IMG/VR virus record: IMGVR_UViG_2563366956_000015
Location: 1-35,129 of that record
Reading direction: 5' to 3' (one strand)
Length of the DNA stretch: 35,129 bases
Source of the DNA: a virus
Taxonomy: Duplodnaviria > Heunggongvirae > Uroviricota > Caudoviricetes
The position numbers and the translations under genes were made by a program. The notes under the pieces are model-generated. The model had not been told where the DNA came from. It did not search any database and worked only from the letters and a program-made list of their open reading frames with translations. This document shows, piece by piece, positions 17,833 through 27,114 of the stretch (positions within the stretch are counted from its first letter, which is position 1; every line of letters begins with the position of its first letter).

Positions 17833-18327
17833 ATGAGCATGATTGCAAAACCCGGTATCACTGCCGCGACGGAGGATGTCGCGGACACGGACGACGGTGA
17901 TGCACGCATCACCACGGACGACTTCTGGCCGGAGACAGAACTGCGCGCGCTGCGTCTTGCCGTGCGCCTGCCCGGTCGCACCACCACGTCGCGCCTGATG
18001 CACGCGGCAACCGAAGCCGTGGCACACGTCACCGGTGAGCTGCGCAACTGGCAGACGCAGCAGATGAATGACGGATACCGCACGCTGGCGGACGTTCCGG
18101 CTTCCCGCGTGAACGGCGAAAGCGTCAACGTGCACCGCTTCCGTCTTGCGGTGTATGCCGCCACCCGCGCCCTGATACTGGAGCGCGTGCGCGATGTGGA
18201 CACCACCGAACAGGGCGACCGGAAAGCGGACGCACTGGAAGCCCAGACCGGTGACCTCTGGCGCGACGTGCGCTGGGCCATTGCCGATATTCAGGGCGCA
18301 CCGCGCATCTTTGCGAGGCTGTGCTGA
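17833..18327 (+). CDS. L: head completion/stabilisation protein (P2 gpL-like)
   Basis: 164 aa; synteny. Confidence 0.8.
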   Translation: MSMIAKPGITAATEDVADTDDGDARITTDDFWPETELRALRLAVRLPGRTTTSRLMHAATEAVAHVTGELRNWQTQQMNDGYRTLADVPASRVNGESVNVHRFRLAVYAATRALILERVRDVDTTEQGDRKADALEAQTGDLWRDVRWAIADIQGAPRIFARLC

Positions 18328-18527
18328 TGAAGGTGAAGGCATTACAGGACGACACCGTTGACCTGCTGTGCTTCCGGCACTACGGCACAACGCAGGGCGT
18401 GACCGAAAAGGTGCTGGCCGCCAATCCGGGGCTGTGCGGACAGATTTTTCTGGAGGCCGGACAGGAAGTGGAATTACCGGAGCAGGAAGAGAAAAAAACA
18501 CGGGAGACGGTGCAGTTATGGGATTAG
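18321..18527 (+). CDS. X: tail protein X (P2 gpX-like)
   Basis: 68 aa; synteny between L and the lysis genes. Confidence 0.7.
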   Translation: MLMKVKALQDDTVDLLCFRHYGTTQGVTEKVLAANPGLCGQIFLEAGQEVELPEQEEKKTRETVQLWD

Positions 18528-18811
18528 GTTTTTTTCGCAGTATTTACGACCACATCGCCTTCGCCGCCTCCGTCTCTGTGGTCACGATTGGCGCGATGAC
18601 CATCAGCGAAAAAATCGCGCTGGCCGGGCTGCTGCTGGGTGCGCTTTCACTCTTTCAGGGCTGGCTTCACCGTCGCCGCATGGAGCGTGCGCAGGTCCGC
18701 CGCAATGCGCTGATTGCACAGATTCTGGCACAGGCCGGAACGCGCGGGCTTCATGAAAGTGAACAACGGGCGCTTGCCGCACTGCAACGGGATAACGATG
18801 AAAAACATTAA
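18518..18811 (+). CDS. Y: holin (possible pinholin)
   Basis: ORF trimmed to the ATG at 18518; two hydrophobic segments; immediately upstream of the endolysin. Confidence 0.6.
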   Translation: MGLGFFRSIYDHIAFAASVSVVTIGAMTISEKIALAGLLLGALSLFQGWLHRRRMERAQVRRNALIAQILAQAGTRGLHESEQRALAALQRDNDEKH

Positions 18812-19340
18812 GCGATATGCCGCCGCCGTGATTGTGGCGCTGGGTGTCTCGCTGGCTCCTGAAGCACTGCGCACCTCACAGGAGGCACAGATAAAAATTG
18901 CCACGTGGGAAGACTGCCGCGCCACACCCTACACGGACATCGCGGGTGTTGCCACCGTGGGCTGCGGCTCCACGGGGAACGTACAGAAACACCTGTACAG
19001 CGAGCAGGAGGTGGCCCGTCGCTGGGTGAATGACATGCAGCGGGCGGAGAACTGTATTAACCAGAATTTTCAGGGGGCAGCCATGCCGCAGTCGGCCTTC
19101 GAGGCGATGACGGATGCAGCCTTCAATCTGGGGTGCTCCGGTCTGATGTGGTTCAGGGACCGCAACGGTAAGCGCCAGCGCACCACCATCTGGAAACAGG
19201 CACAGGCGCATAACTGGGCGCTGATGTGTGCCCGCCTCACTGATTTTGTGAATGCAGGCGGGAAGCGCAGTCAGGGACTGGTTAACCGCCGCAGCGATTT
19301 TCGCGCCTGGTGTCTGCGGGATGTGGAGAAACAGAAATGA
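18798..19340 (+). CDS. K: GH24 lysozyme-type endolysin with an N-terminal signal-anchor (SAR-like)
   Basis: ORF trimmed to the ATG at 18798; hydrophobic N-terminus YAAAVIVALGVSLA; E-x8-D-x5-T catalytic spacing in WEDCRATPYTDIAGVAT. Confidence 0.8.
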   Translation: MKNIKRYAAAVIVALGVSLAPEALRTSQEAQIKIATWEDCRATPYTDIAGVATVGCGSTGNVQKHLYSEQEVARRWVNDMQRAENCINQNFQGAAMPQSAFEAMTDAAFNLGCSGLMWFRDRNGKRQRTTIWKQAQAHNWALMCARLTDFVNAGGKRSQGLVNRRSDFRAWCLRDVEKQK

Positions 19341-19783
19341 GGCTGACCACCGCCGCCGTCGTCGCCCTGTTTTCGGGGGCGCTGTATCTGGTGTCACTGC
19401 GTCTGGCCTGGCAGGCAGGGCATGAACGGGCGCGCCGGGAATATCACGAACAGGCGCTGGAGGGAACAAATGCCGCCGTGGATGCACTTCATGCGGAACT
19501 CCGGGGCATCAGCGACCTGCTGGCGCAGGTCCGCGCCGCAGAGCAGCACCGGAATCAGGAGGGAGAAAAACGCCGTGAAGAGATACGCAACACACTCCGG
19601 GAAAATCCGTGCGCGGCTGCTGCTGTGCCTGCCGCTGTTGCTGACCGCCTGCAACAGCGCGCCGCGCCCCGTCGTGGTCACTCAGACGCAGCACGCACCG
19701 CTGCCGGAAAGTCTGACACAGCCAACGCCGGTGCCGTCCCTGCCCCGTCCGCTGACGTGGGGCGGACTGGCCGTCTGGAGTGA
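19337..19783 (+). CDS. lysB: i-spanin (Rz/LysB-like)
   Basis: ATGA overlap with the endolysin; N-terminal TM segment then a charged helical region. Confidence 0.65.
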   Translation: MRLTTAAVVALFSGALYLVSLRLAWQAGHERARREYHEQALEGTNAAVDALHAELRGISDLLAQVRAAEQHRNQEGEKRREEIRNTLRENPCAAAAVPAAVADRLQQRAAPRRGHSDAARTAAGKSDTANAGAVPAPSADVGRTGRLE

Positions 19784-19868
19784 CCGGCTGCTGGACGCAC
19801 TGGAGAGCTGCAACGCTGACAAGGCAGCCATTAAAGCAACCGAACAACAACGCCGGATGCGACCGTAA
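19575..19868 (+). CDS. lysC: o-spanin lipoprotein (Rz1/LysC-like), overlapping lysB in the +1 frame
   Basis: Putative GTG start after a GGAGGGAG RBS; lipobox-like LLTAC followed by a Pro-rich region; extends past the lysB stop. Confidence 0.55.
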   Translation: MKRYATHSGKIRARLLLCLPLLLTACNSAPRPVVVTQTQHAPLPESLTQPTPVPSLPRPLTWGGLAVWSDRLLDALESCNADKAAIKATEQQRRMRP

Positions 19869-19877
19869 GGAGAAGTC

Positions 19878-20360
19878 ATGCTGAAAATGAACCGTCTGCG
19901 CGAAGCCCTCACCGCCTCATCCCGGTGGTGTCGCGCGAATCCGGAAAAACTCACCGTGTTTGCAGAAAGCGGAAGTATTGAGACCACGGGTGAAACCCCG
20001 ACGTTTGTCTACCGTTACACGCTCGTGGCCTTCGTCATGGATTTTCCGGGACACATCGACGAGCTGATGCTGCCGCTGATTGTCTGGCTCATGCACAACC
20101 AGCCGGATTTGCTGCTCAACCCGGAGAAAAACAAGGACGTTAAGTTTTCCGTTGCCGTCAATGACGACGACAGCACCGACCTGTTACTGGAAATTCCCGT
20201 GCGCGAGCGCGTGAAAGTCTGCCGCAATGAACAGGGTGAACTGTATCCGGTGCACCTGCCGGAACCCCGCCCGCCTGCCGCACTGACAGGAGCCTGGGGA
20301 GAGCTGATTGTTGAGGATGTGACCTTTAAGGATTTGACGGATGAACACGACGACGCATGA
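19878..20360 (+). CDS. R: tail completion protein R
   Basis: 160 aa; synteny. Confidence 0.75.
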   Translation: MLKMNRLREALTASSRWCRANPEKLTVFAESGSIETTGETPTFVYRYTLVAFVMDFPGHIDELMLPLIVWLMHNQPDLLLNPEKNKDVKFSVAVNDDDSTDLLLEIPVRERVKVCRNEQGELYPVHLPEPRPPAALTGAWGELIVEDVTFKDLTDEHDDA

Positions 20361-20979
20361 CCCGGACGCGGTTTTCCGCGACATCCTGAACGGACTTTCC
20401 ACCGCCGGACGTGCACGCACGGCGAGGGCTGTCGGGCAGGCGCTGCGCCAGAGCCAGCAGGCGCGTATCCGTGCGCAGAAGAACGCAGACGGTTCGCCGT
20501 ATCCGGCACGAAAACAGCAGGTGATGCACACCCGCCGTGAAGTGAAGTTTGTCTGGAACGGCGAGGTCCGCACGCTGCGCCAGTGGGGGCACAAGCGTTA
20601 CCGGAAAGGCCGCGCCATTATCGGGCGCGACCCTGACCGTGGCGGCGCGCTGAGGACGTTTTACCGCGATGATATTGAGCGATACATCGCTGTATCGTCC
20701 ATGTCTGCCCGCCAGACCAGCAAAAAAAGCACGCCGATGTTCGCGCGTCTTCGCACATACCGCTGGTTAAAAATGCGCTCAGATGCGGAAGGCGCTGTTG
20801 TGGGCTTCGATGGCCTGGCGGCACGGATTGCCCGCGTGCATCAGGCAGGGTTACGCGACGAGGTGGCTCCGGGCGTGATGACCACCTACCCGGTGCGTGA
20901 ACTGCTGGGTATAACCGCAGCCGACGAACGCCTGGTATATGACACGATTATCCGCTCCCTGAGGAGTGCGGCACGATGA
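20341..20979 (+). CDS. S: tail completion/virion morphogenesis protein S
   Basis: Synteny; 212 aa, longer than P2 S. Confidence 0.7.
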   Translation: MNTTTHDPDAVFRDILNGLSTAGRARTARAVGQALRQSQQARIRAQKNADGSPYPARKQQVMHTRREVKFVWNGEVRTLRQWGHKRYRKGRAIIGRDPDRGGALRTFYRDDIERYIAVSSMSARQTSKKSTPMFARLRTYRWLKMRSDAEGAVVGFDGLAARIARVHQAGLRDEVAPGVMTTYPVRELLGITAADERLVYDTIIRSLRSAAR

Positions 20980-21557
20980 CAGCGGAAATCATGCGACTGC
21001 TTGCAAATATCATCCGCACGGGCGTGATTTTTGCCGTGGACGAAACAACGTGGCGCGTTCGCGTGCGCAGCGGAGAGCTGGAAACCGACTGGCTGCGCTG
21101 GAACACACCACGCGCGGGCGCGTTCAGCGTCTGGCTGCCGCCTGCCGTGGGCGAACAGGTCATGATTGCCTGCATCGGTGGCGACCCCGCGACCGCGTCC
21201 GTCATCGGCAGTCTCTGGAGCAGCGAACATCCGGCGCCCGGCAGCAGCCTGACGGAAATCGTGGTTACAGCGCCTGACGGCGCGGTGTTCCGCTACGATG
21301 CGGACGCTGGCGCACTGAGCGCCAGCGGAATCAAAACTGCCACCATTCAGGCCGGAACAGGCGTGACGCTGGATACCCCCACCGTCACCTGCACAAACCA
21401 TCTGAAGACGACAACGATTGAGGTGACAGAAGGCGGAACCATGAGTGGCAGTATCTCGCACAGCGGCGGTGATTTCACCTCAAACGGTGTGACGCTGCAC
21501 ACGCACAAACACAGTGGCGTGAAGAGCGGCGGTGACAGCACAGGAGGCCCGCAGTGA
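20976..21557 (+). CDS. V: baseplate assembly protein V (central spike)
   Basis: 193 aa; synteny; ATGA-type overlaps with flanking genes. Confidence 0.8.
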   Translation: MTAEIMRLLANIIRTGVIFAVDETTWRVRVRSGELETDWLRWNTPRAGAFSVWLPPAVGEQVMIACIGGDPATASVIGSLWSSEHPAPGSSLTEIVVTAPDGAVFRYDADAGALSASGIKTATIQAGTGVTLDTPTVTCTNHLKTTTIEVTEGGTMSGSISHSGGDFTSNGVTLHTHKHSGVKSGGDSTGGPQ

Positions 21558-21919
21558 GTGCCCGTTTTCTGGGGATGAACCCCGAGGCCACCGGCACGCT
21601 CAGCGACACGGACCATCTGTGGAACAGCGTGAGGGATATTCTGTTAACACCGCTCGCCAGCCGGGTGATGCGCCGGGAATACGGCAGCCTGCTGCCGGAT
21701 TTGCTGGATGCACCGATGAATGCCACCACGCGCCTTCAGTGCATGAGCGCCGTGGTGATTGCCCTGACACAGTGGGAGCCACGCATCGCCCTGAATGCCG
21801 TTGACATTCAGTGGGAGGCGGGCGGAAAAGCCGTTATCACCCTCACCGGCACACTGACAGAAAGCCTGGAAACCGTACAGAACACACTGACACTCAGGAG
21901 CGACAATGCCAGCCGTTGA
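21554..21919 (+). CDS. W: baseplate protein W
   Basis: 121 aa; synteny. Confidence 0.8.
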   Translation: MSARFLGMNPEATGTLSDTDHLWNSVRDILLTPLASRVMRREYGSLLPDLLDAPMNATTRLQCMSAVVIALTQWEPRIALNAVDIQWEAGGKAVITLTGTLTESLETVQNTLTLRSDNASR

Positions 21920-22802
21920 CCTGTCGGAACTGCCGACACCACAGATTATTGAAACGCCGGATTTTGAAGTCATCCTGGCGGAAGTGAAAGAAGACATCAT
22001 TACGTCATTTCCACAGACACAGCAGGCTGCCATCCGGTCAGCCATGGCGCTGGAGTCCGAACCGCTCACGGTCATTGCCCAGGCTTTCGCGCTGCGTGAA
22101 CTGCTGCTTCGCCAGCGCATTAATGAGGGCGCAGCGGCCTGTATGCTGAGCCATTCCACAGGTGATGACCTGGACAACCTCGCTGCCAACATGAACACCG
22201 CGCGGCTGGTCATCACACCGGCCACGGACACCACGGAGGCCGTCATGGAAAGCGACTCCGCCCTGCGGCTGCGTGCGCAGTCTGCATTTGATGGCCTCAG
22301 CGTGGCCGGTCCCACCGGGGCGTATGAATATTTTGCCCGCAGTGCCAGCGGTCAGGTGGCGGACGCGCGCGCAACCAGCCCCGCACCGGCGGAAGTGGTG
22401 GTGGCAGTGTTGTCCACAGAAGGCGACGGCACGGCGACCGAAGAACTCCTGACAACGGTCAGAAATGCGCTGAATGCCGAAGACGTTCGCCCGGTCGGTG
22501 ACCGTCTGACGGTGCAGAGCGCAGAAATCATCCGGTATCAGATTGATGCCCGGCTTTACTTTTATCCGGGGCCGGAGTCGGAACCCATCCTGAATGCCGC
22601 CAGAAACAATCTGGAAACCTGGCTTGCCGAACAGGGCAAAATCGGTCGCGATGTCGCGCTCTCCGCCATCATGGCCGCACTGCATGTTCAGGGCGTTCAG
22701 CGCGTGGAACTGACCAGCCCCGCACAGAATATTGTTATCAGTGATGTGCAGTCAGCGTACTGCACATCGTTCACGGTCAGCACAGGGGGAACCAATGAGT
22801 GA
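21906..22802 (+). CDS. J: baseplate protein J
   Basis: 298 aa; synteny. Confidence 0.85.
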   Translation: MPAVDLSELPTPQIIETPDFEVILAEVKEDIITSFPQTQQAAIRSAMALESEPLTVIAQAFALRELLLRQRINEGAAACMLSHSTGDDLDNLAANMNTARLVITPATDTTEAVMESDSALRLRAQSAFDGLSVAGPTGAYEYFARSASGQVADARATSPAPAEVVVAVLSTEGDGTATEELLTTVRNALNAEDVRPVGDRLTVQSAEIIRYQIDARLYFYPGPESEPILNAARNNLETWLAEQGKIGRDVALSAIMAALHVQGVQRVELTSPAQNIVISDVQSAYCTSFTVSTGGTNE

Positions 22803-23571
22803 ACCGTCACTTCTCCCCCCTTCAGCCAGCGATTTCATGCGCTGCGTGGAGCGGGGAACCGCCCGGTTGTCAGCATTACCTGTCAGCCTTAACCAGCTCT
22901 GGGATCCTGACACCTGCCCGGCAGCCCTGCTGCCTTATCTGGCGTGGGCGCTGTCCGTGGACAGGTGGGATCGTGACTGGACGGAAGAAACAAAGCGCCA
23001 GGTGATCCGTGATGCCTGGGCAATCCACCGCCATAAGGGAACCATCAGCGCCATCAGGCGTGTGGTTGAACCCTTTGGCTATGTCATTAACGTGACGGAG
23101 TGGTGGCAGAACGGCGACCCGCGCGGCACGTTCCGCATTGATATTGGCGTGCAGGACGCGGGTATCACAGAGGAAACGTACTCCGAGCTGACACGACTGA
23201 TCGACGATGCCCGTCCGGTCAGCCGCCACCTTGCCTCGCTGAACATTATGCTGGATACGCAGGGAGTCGCACGTGTGTTTTCCGGCATGCACGACGGCAG
23301 TGAAACAACAATCTGGCCAGCCGCTTCTGCCGGTGTTGAGACTGTTTCGGTGTTCCGGGCATCTCCGGCTTTCTTTGACGGCGACATGCTCACCATTTAC
23401 CCGCCGACACCGTCGGTATCTGTCGATGCGGGGATTGTCATGGGATTACAGGTTACGGGCGATGATGCGGTGACCGTGGAGCCACAGGCGGTGATGCAAC
23501 TGACCGCCACAACCGGAACCCTGACAGCATCAGTGGTATTTCTGGAGGATTCTTTGAGGATTTTTTCATGA
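22795..23571 (+). CDS. I: baseplate/tail formation protein I
   Basis: ORF trimmed to the ATG at 22795, overlapping the J stop; synteny. Confidence 0.75.
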   Translation: MSEPSLLPPSASDFMRCVERGTARLSALPVSLNQLWDPDTCPAALLPYLAWALSVDRWDRDWTEETKRQVIRDAWAIHRHKGTISAIRRVVEPFGYVINVTEWWQNGDPRGTFRIDIGVQDAGITEETYSELTRLIDDARPVSRHLASLNIMLDTQGVARVFSGMHDGSETTIWPAASAGVETVSVFRASPAFFDGDMLTIYPPTPSVSVDAGIVMGLQVTGDDAVTVEPQAVMQLTATTGTLTASVVFLEDSLRIFS

Positions 23572-25349
23572 CTGTAAAATATTTTTCTGTTCTGACTGAC
23601 AAGGGTGCCGCCCGTCTGGCAAAGGCGGTGGCCAGCGGCTCGAAAATATCCATCACCACCATGAAACTGGGGGATGGCGGCGGCAGCCTGCCGGAACCGG
23701 AGGCGTCCATGGAAAATCTGGTGAACACGGTATACAGCGCCCCATTGAATCAACTGAGCATCAGCGCGTCTGATGCCAGCCAGCTTATCGCCGAGATGAT
23801 TATCCCGGAAGATAAAGGGGGGTTCTGGATCCGCGAGATTGGGCTTTTTGACAGCGACGGCGTGATGATTGCCGTGGCGAACTGCCCCGAAACCTACAAG
23901 CCTGTACTCACCGAGGGAAGCGGGCGCACGCAGACGATTCGCATGATTGTTGTGGTTTCCAGTGCTTCGTCTGTCGAACTGAAAGTTGATCCCTCTGTCG
24001 TGCTCGCCACCCGCGCCTATGTTGAAGAATATGTTGCGCAGGAAAAGGAGTCTGTACCGCCGCTGCCTGATGTGTGGATACCGTTTAACGATTCACTGGA
24101 TATGCTTACGGGGTTCGCACCGGGCTATAAAAAAATCACCATTGGTGACGATGTGGTTCAGGTTGCCAGTGATAAACAGGTTAGTTTCAGTCGCGCATCA
24201 ACGGCAACCTATATCAATAAATCCGGTGAACTGAAAATAGCTGAAATTAATGAGCCGCGATTTGAACGCGATGGACTGCTTATTGAAGGGCAAAGAACAA
24301 ACTACATGCTCAATTCGGAAACCCCGGTCAACTGGGGCAAGTCGGTAAATATGGATGTTCACGAAACCGGGACGGACAGTTCTGGTTTTACCTATGGAAA
24401 GTTCGTCTGTAACGATTCTCTGATTGGGCAGTCCCTGCCTGTTAACATGGCATCAGTTGCAGTAACCGGAGCCGTCGATGTTTCAGGCGATAATAAGTGC
24501 GTGACGACATCGTGCAGATTTAAAACTGATCTGGAACTCATGTTAAGGATCAGGTTTGAATCTTACGATGGCAACACATCATCTAACCTTGGATATGCCA
24601 TTGTTAATACGCGATCTTTATCAGTTAAAATCACAGGAGGAGCTGCCGACAGGATCACTGCCCGAGTTAACAAAGATGAGGTTACCGGCTGGATTTTTGC
24701 AGAGGCAACGATTCAGGCAATTGATGAGTCCTACATAACATCGGCAATACAATACACTCCGAAAGAAGGTGGTGTCGTTGAATCAGGAGATTATGTTTTC
24801 CTGTCCACCCCTCAGGTTGAAAATGGCCCCTGCGCATCATCATTTATTATATCGGGTGCAACACCAGCAACACGTGCAAGTGATATTGTGACAGTTCCGG
24901 TTAAGAATAATCTTTATAATCCTCCTTTTACTGTTCTTTGTGAGGTACATAAGAACTGGTATAAAACGCCAAATGCAGCACCGCGTGTTCTTAATACCAG
25001 TGGTCATCAAACTGGAGAGGAAATTATTCTTGGACTCGGTCGTTCGACGGATTACGACGGATTTCCTTATTGCGATATAGGCGGGGCTAACATGCGGGTA
25101 AACGAAAACGCATCACTTGAAAAAATGGTTATAGGGATGCGAGTAAAGTCAGATCAGTCTACATGCTCAGTCAGTAACGGACGGTTATCCGGCGAAACAA
25201 AAACCACATGGTCATATATTCAGAACTCCGCAATTATCCGTATTGGAGGGCGAACGAGTACTGGAGAACGACATCTGTTTGGTCACATTCGTAATTTCCG
25301 CATATGGCATAAAGAATTAAATGACAGGCAATTAAGAGAGGCAATATGA
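23568..25349 (+). CDS. H: tail fibre protein H with a divergent AT-rich C-terminal domain
   Basis: N-terminal ITTMKLGDGGGSLPEPEA...GGFWIREIGLFDSDGVMIAVANCPETYKP matches the conserved P2 H N-terminus as recalled; composition becomes AT-rich from about 24100. Confidence 0.85.
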   Translation: MTVKYFSVLTDKGAARLAKAVASGSKISITTMKLGDGGGSLPEPEASMENLVNTVYSAPLNQLSISASDASQLIAEMIIPEDKGGFWIREIGLFDSDGVMIAVANCPETYKPVLTEGSGRTQTIRMIVVVSSASSVELKVDPSVVLATRAYVEEYVAQEKESVPPLPDVWIPFNDSLDMLTGFAPGYKKITIGDDVVQVASDKQVSFSRASTATYINKSGELKIAEINEPRFERDGLLIEGQRTNYMLNSETPVNWGKSVNMDVHETGTDSSGFTYGKFVCNDSLIGQSLPVNMASVAVTGAVDVSGDNKCVTTSCRFKTDLELMLRIRFESYDGNTSSNLGYAIVNTRSLSVKITGGAADRITARVNKDEVTGWIFAEATIQAIDESYITSAIQYTPKEGGVVESGDYVFLSTPQVENGPCASSFIISGATPATRASDIVTVPVKNNLYNPPFTVLCEVHKNWYKTPNAAPRVLNTSGHQTGEEIILGLGRSTDYDGFPYCDIGGANMRVNENASLEKMVIGMRVKSDQSTCSVSNGRLSGETKTTWSYIQNSAIIRIGGRTSTGERHLFGHIRNFRIWHKELNDRQLREAI

Positions 25350-25624
25350 AAGATTTGACTTTGAAGTTTCATGACAAACAGCAGTTTAAAGCCCTCCTGT
25401 CATCTCTTGGCTGGGAGGAAAATGAAGACCTCCAGAACAAACTGTTAGTCGATGAAATTGGTTTCACCTATACAGAAACAGGGGAAAATGAAGAGGGAGA
25501 ACCTGTCTGTATCCGGAATGACGGTTATTTTGTCAACATTCGTATTCTTGATGATACGTTTGATGTTTCTGTGTTCTCTGATTATGTGGTGGAGCTGGAA
25601 GCACCGCTTCGGGAATGGAGCTGA
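25346..25624 (+). CDS. small acidic protein downstream of the tail fibre (possible chaperone, not canonical Tfa)
   Basis: ATGA overlap with the H stop; GAGAGG RBS; 92 aa. Confidence 0.5.
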   Translation: MKDLTLKFHDKQQFKALLSSLGWEENEDLQNKLLVDEIGFTYTETGENEEGEPVCIRNDGYFVNIRILDDTFDVSVFSDYVVELEAPLREWS

Positions 25625-25633
25625 AGGGAGGGA

Positions 25634-25930
25634 GTGATGGATATAACGCCTGTCCTTCATGCACTTTGTGCCGTGGCTGCGCAGGTACTGGCTGGCATTC
25701 TTACGGGAAACTGGGTTTACGGAGCGATAGCCGGTTGCTCGTTCTTCATTGCGCGTGAACACACCCAGGCAGAATATCGCTGGATTGAAAAATTCGGGAA
25801 AGGGAAACGAATTAACATGCCCTGGTGGGGTGGTTTTGATCCGCGCGTGTGGGATGCCGGAAGCCTGATGGATTTTGCTGCACCAGTGGCAATATGCCTG
25901 TTGTTCTGGCTGCTGGTTAGTTACTGGTGA
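25634..25930 (+). CDS. small integral membrane protein (98 aa)
   Basis: Strong AGGGAGGGAG RBS; hydrophobic segments at both ends. Confidence 0.5.
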   Translation: MMDITPVLHALCAVAAQVLAGILTGNWVYGAIAGCSFFIAREHTQAEYRWIEKFGKGKRINMPWWGGFDPRVWDAGSLMDFAAPVAICLLFWLLVSYW

Positions 25931-26020
25931 AATCACGCCACCCCCCCCCGTCATCTGTGTGGGGTGGTGGCGTCAGGTTAAGGGAATGCGATCAACGACG
26001 AAGATTTGTCTTTGATAGTG

Positions 26021-26125
26021 TTCAGTAAGCCCCCCCTGCAGGAGCAGACTGGAGTTTCTCCCACATATCCTCATCACACCATTGAAAGCCTGCAGGAAAC
26101 TCAATTCTTTCAGGCAGCTTCAGAA
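26021..26125 (-). pseudogene. remnant of a tail protein U-like 3' end (direct repeat of the 3' end of the intact U gene)
   Basis: About 100 nt closely matching 27146-27250 in the same orientation; encodes a ...QxCDEDMxExLQSAxAG... fragment on the minus strand. Confidence 0.4.
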
Positions 26126-26289
26126 AATTATAAATTTCACCAGATACAATATGTAAGAGATTAATATGATGCACTCAAGAACATAAAACAGGCAATATTA
26201 ACTCCGGGACTGTATGTGTTAGAAAAAGAAGCACAAAGTAATCTGGTTTCCTCTGAAGGCGATAAAACTGACATAACGAAGCAGGGACC

Positions 26290-26735
26290 TTTCGACCAGA
26301 TAAAATCAAAATGATTTACAACGAAATAATATTATTGTCACCATTACCAGAGAGGCATCAACACTTAATCATGTCGGTTTTAGTGTTGTTAATACTTCTG
26401 ATATTAACGCTAACCAACGTGCTGATGACTCAGGTAACTGGATATTTGATGATGAAAATATTGTTCGTCATGTGCTGCCACCTGAAAAGTGGCAGGCTAA
26501 AGCAGAATGACAACGAAATCCCCTGCTGCCGGAGGCAAAAGAGAGGATCAGAATCTGGCAATCTGAGTTATTGCCCGGCACCATCAGCAATGCAGACAAG
26601 GGAAGGTTGGCTACGTGGATTGAATATATTAGGGAACTTCAGCAGTTGACGTTCACTTCCGTGATGAATAAAGATTGTTATAATGCGCTGGTATGGCCTG
26701 AATCTCCATCAAAGGGGACTTTTCAGAACGCATAA
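26290..26735 (+). pseudogene. degenerate, frameshifted tail fibre assembly (tfa-like) gene remnant
   Basis: Three frames each carry protein-like segments; the C-terminal piece ...ATWIEYIRELQQLTFTSVMNKDCYNALVWPESPS resembles the Tfa C-terminal W..Y...L....WP..P pattern. Confidence 0.4.
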
Positions 26736-26779
26736 TATATTTATAATCCCGCACTGTTCTACACATGCAAACATTCTTT

Positions 26780-26804
26780 GCCCGCCCCGTGCGGGCTTTT
26801 TTTT
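26780..26804 (+). terminator. Rho-independent terminator (GCCCGC-cccgt-GCGGGC plus T8)
   Basis: Perfect 6-bp GC stem followed by eight T; just downstream of the tfa-like remnant. Confidence 0.65.
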
Positions 26805-26967
26805 GCCGCAAAGACACAGTAATAAACGGGATTGTAATCAGAGCAACAAAAACACAAGAAACATTTTCATTAATGATAATGACAATTAAAAATATTGCAT
26901 TGAATGAATACCGTTCAATATAATCCCCCTGCAAGCAGAAAAATTAAATCTTCACACAATGCATGCC

Positions 26968-26990
26968 GCCCTCTTTGTGAGGGCTTTTTT
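26968..26990 (+). terminator. Rho-independent terminator (GCCCTC-tttgt-GAGGGC plus T-run)
   Basis: Perfect 6-bp stem followed by TTTTTT. Confidence 0.6.
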
Positions 26991-27083
26991 ATTTCCCGAA
27001 TATCACCATTGCCTTCATCGGGCGATTTATATATAGTCAGAATGTATTGACAACATTTGCTTCTTTTCCATGAAGGCAATAAG

Positions 27084-27112
27084 GGAGTGCTTTTTACACT
27101 CCCTCTTTTTTT
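27084..27112 (+). terminator. Rho-independent terminator (GGGAGTG hairpin plus T-run), possibly bidirectional at the 3' end of U
   Basis: GGGAGTG-cttttta-CACTCCC followed by TCTTTTTTT; the stop codon of minus-strand U is adjacent. Confidence 0.55.
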
Positions 27113-27114
27113 AT

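Noticed and set aside
17719-18501. 260-aa minus-strand ORF overlapping L and X
   Set aside because: Antisense to syntenic head-completion and tail genes; composition-driven shadow ORF.
25445-25954. 169-aa minus-strand ORF overlapping the two small genes after H
   Set aside because: The plus-strand genes have strong RBSs and translational coupling to H; the minus-strand frame has neither.
26311-26649. 112-aa ORF in the Z/fun-position island as an intact membrane protein gene
   Set aside because: Low-complexity AT-driven translation; adjacent frames carry tail-fibre-assembly-like segments, so it is better explained as part of a frameshifted pseudogene.
26653-26934. 93-aa minus-strand ORF in the AT-rich island
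   Set aside because: Low-complexity, runs antisense through two plus-strand terminators, no RBS; likely spurious.
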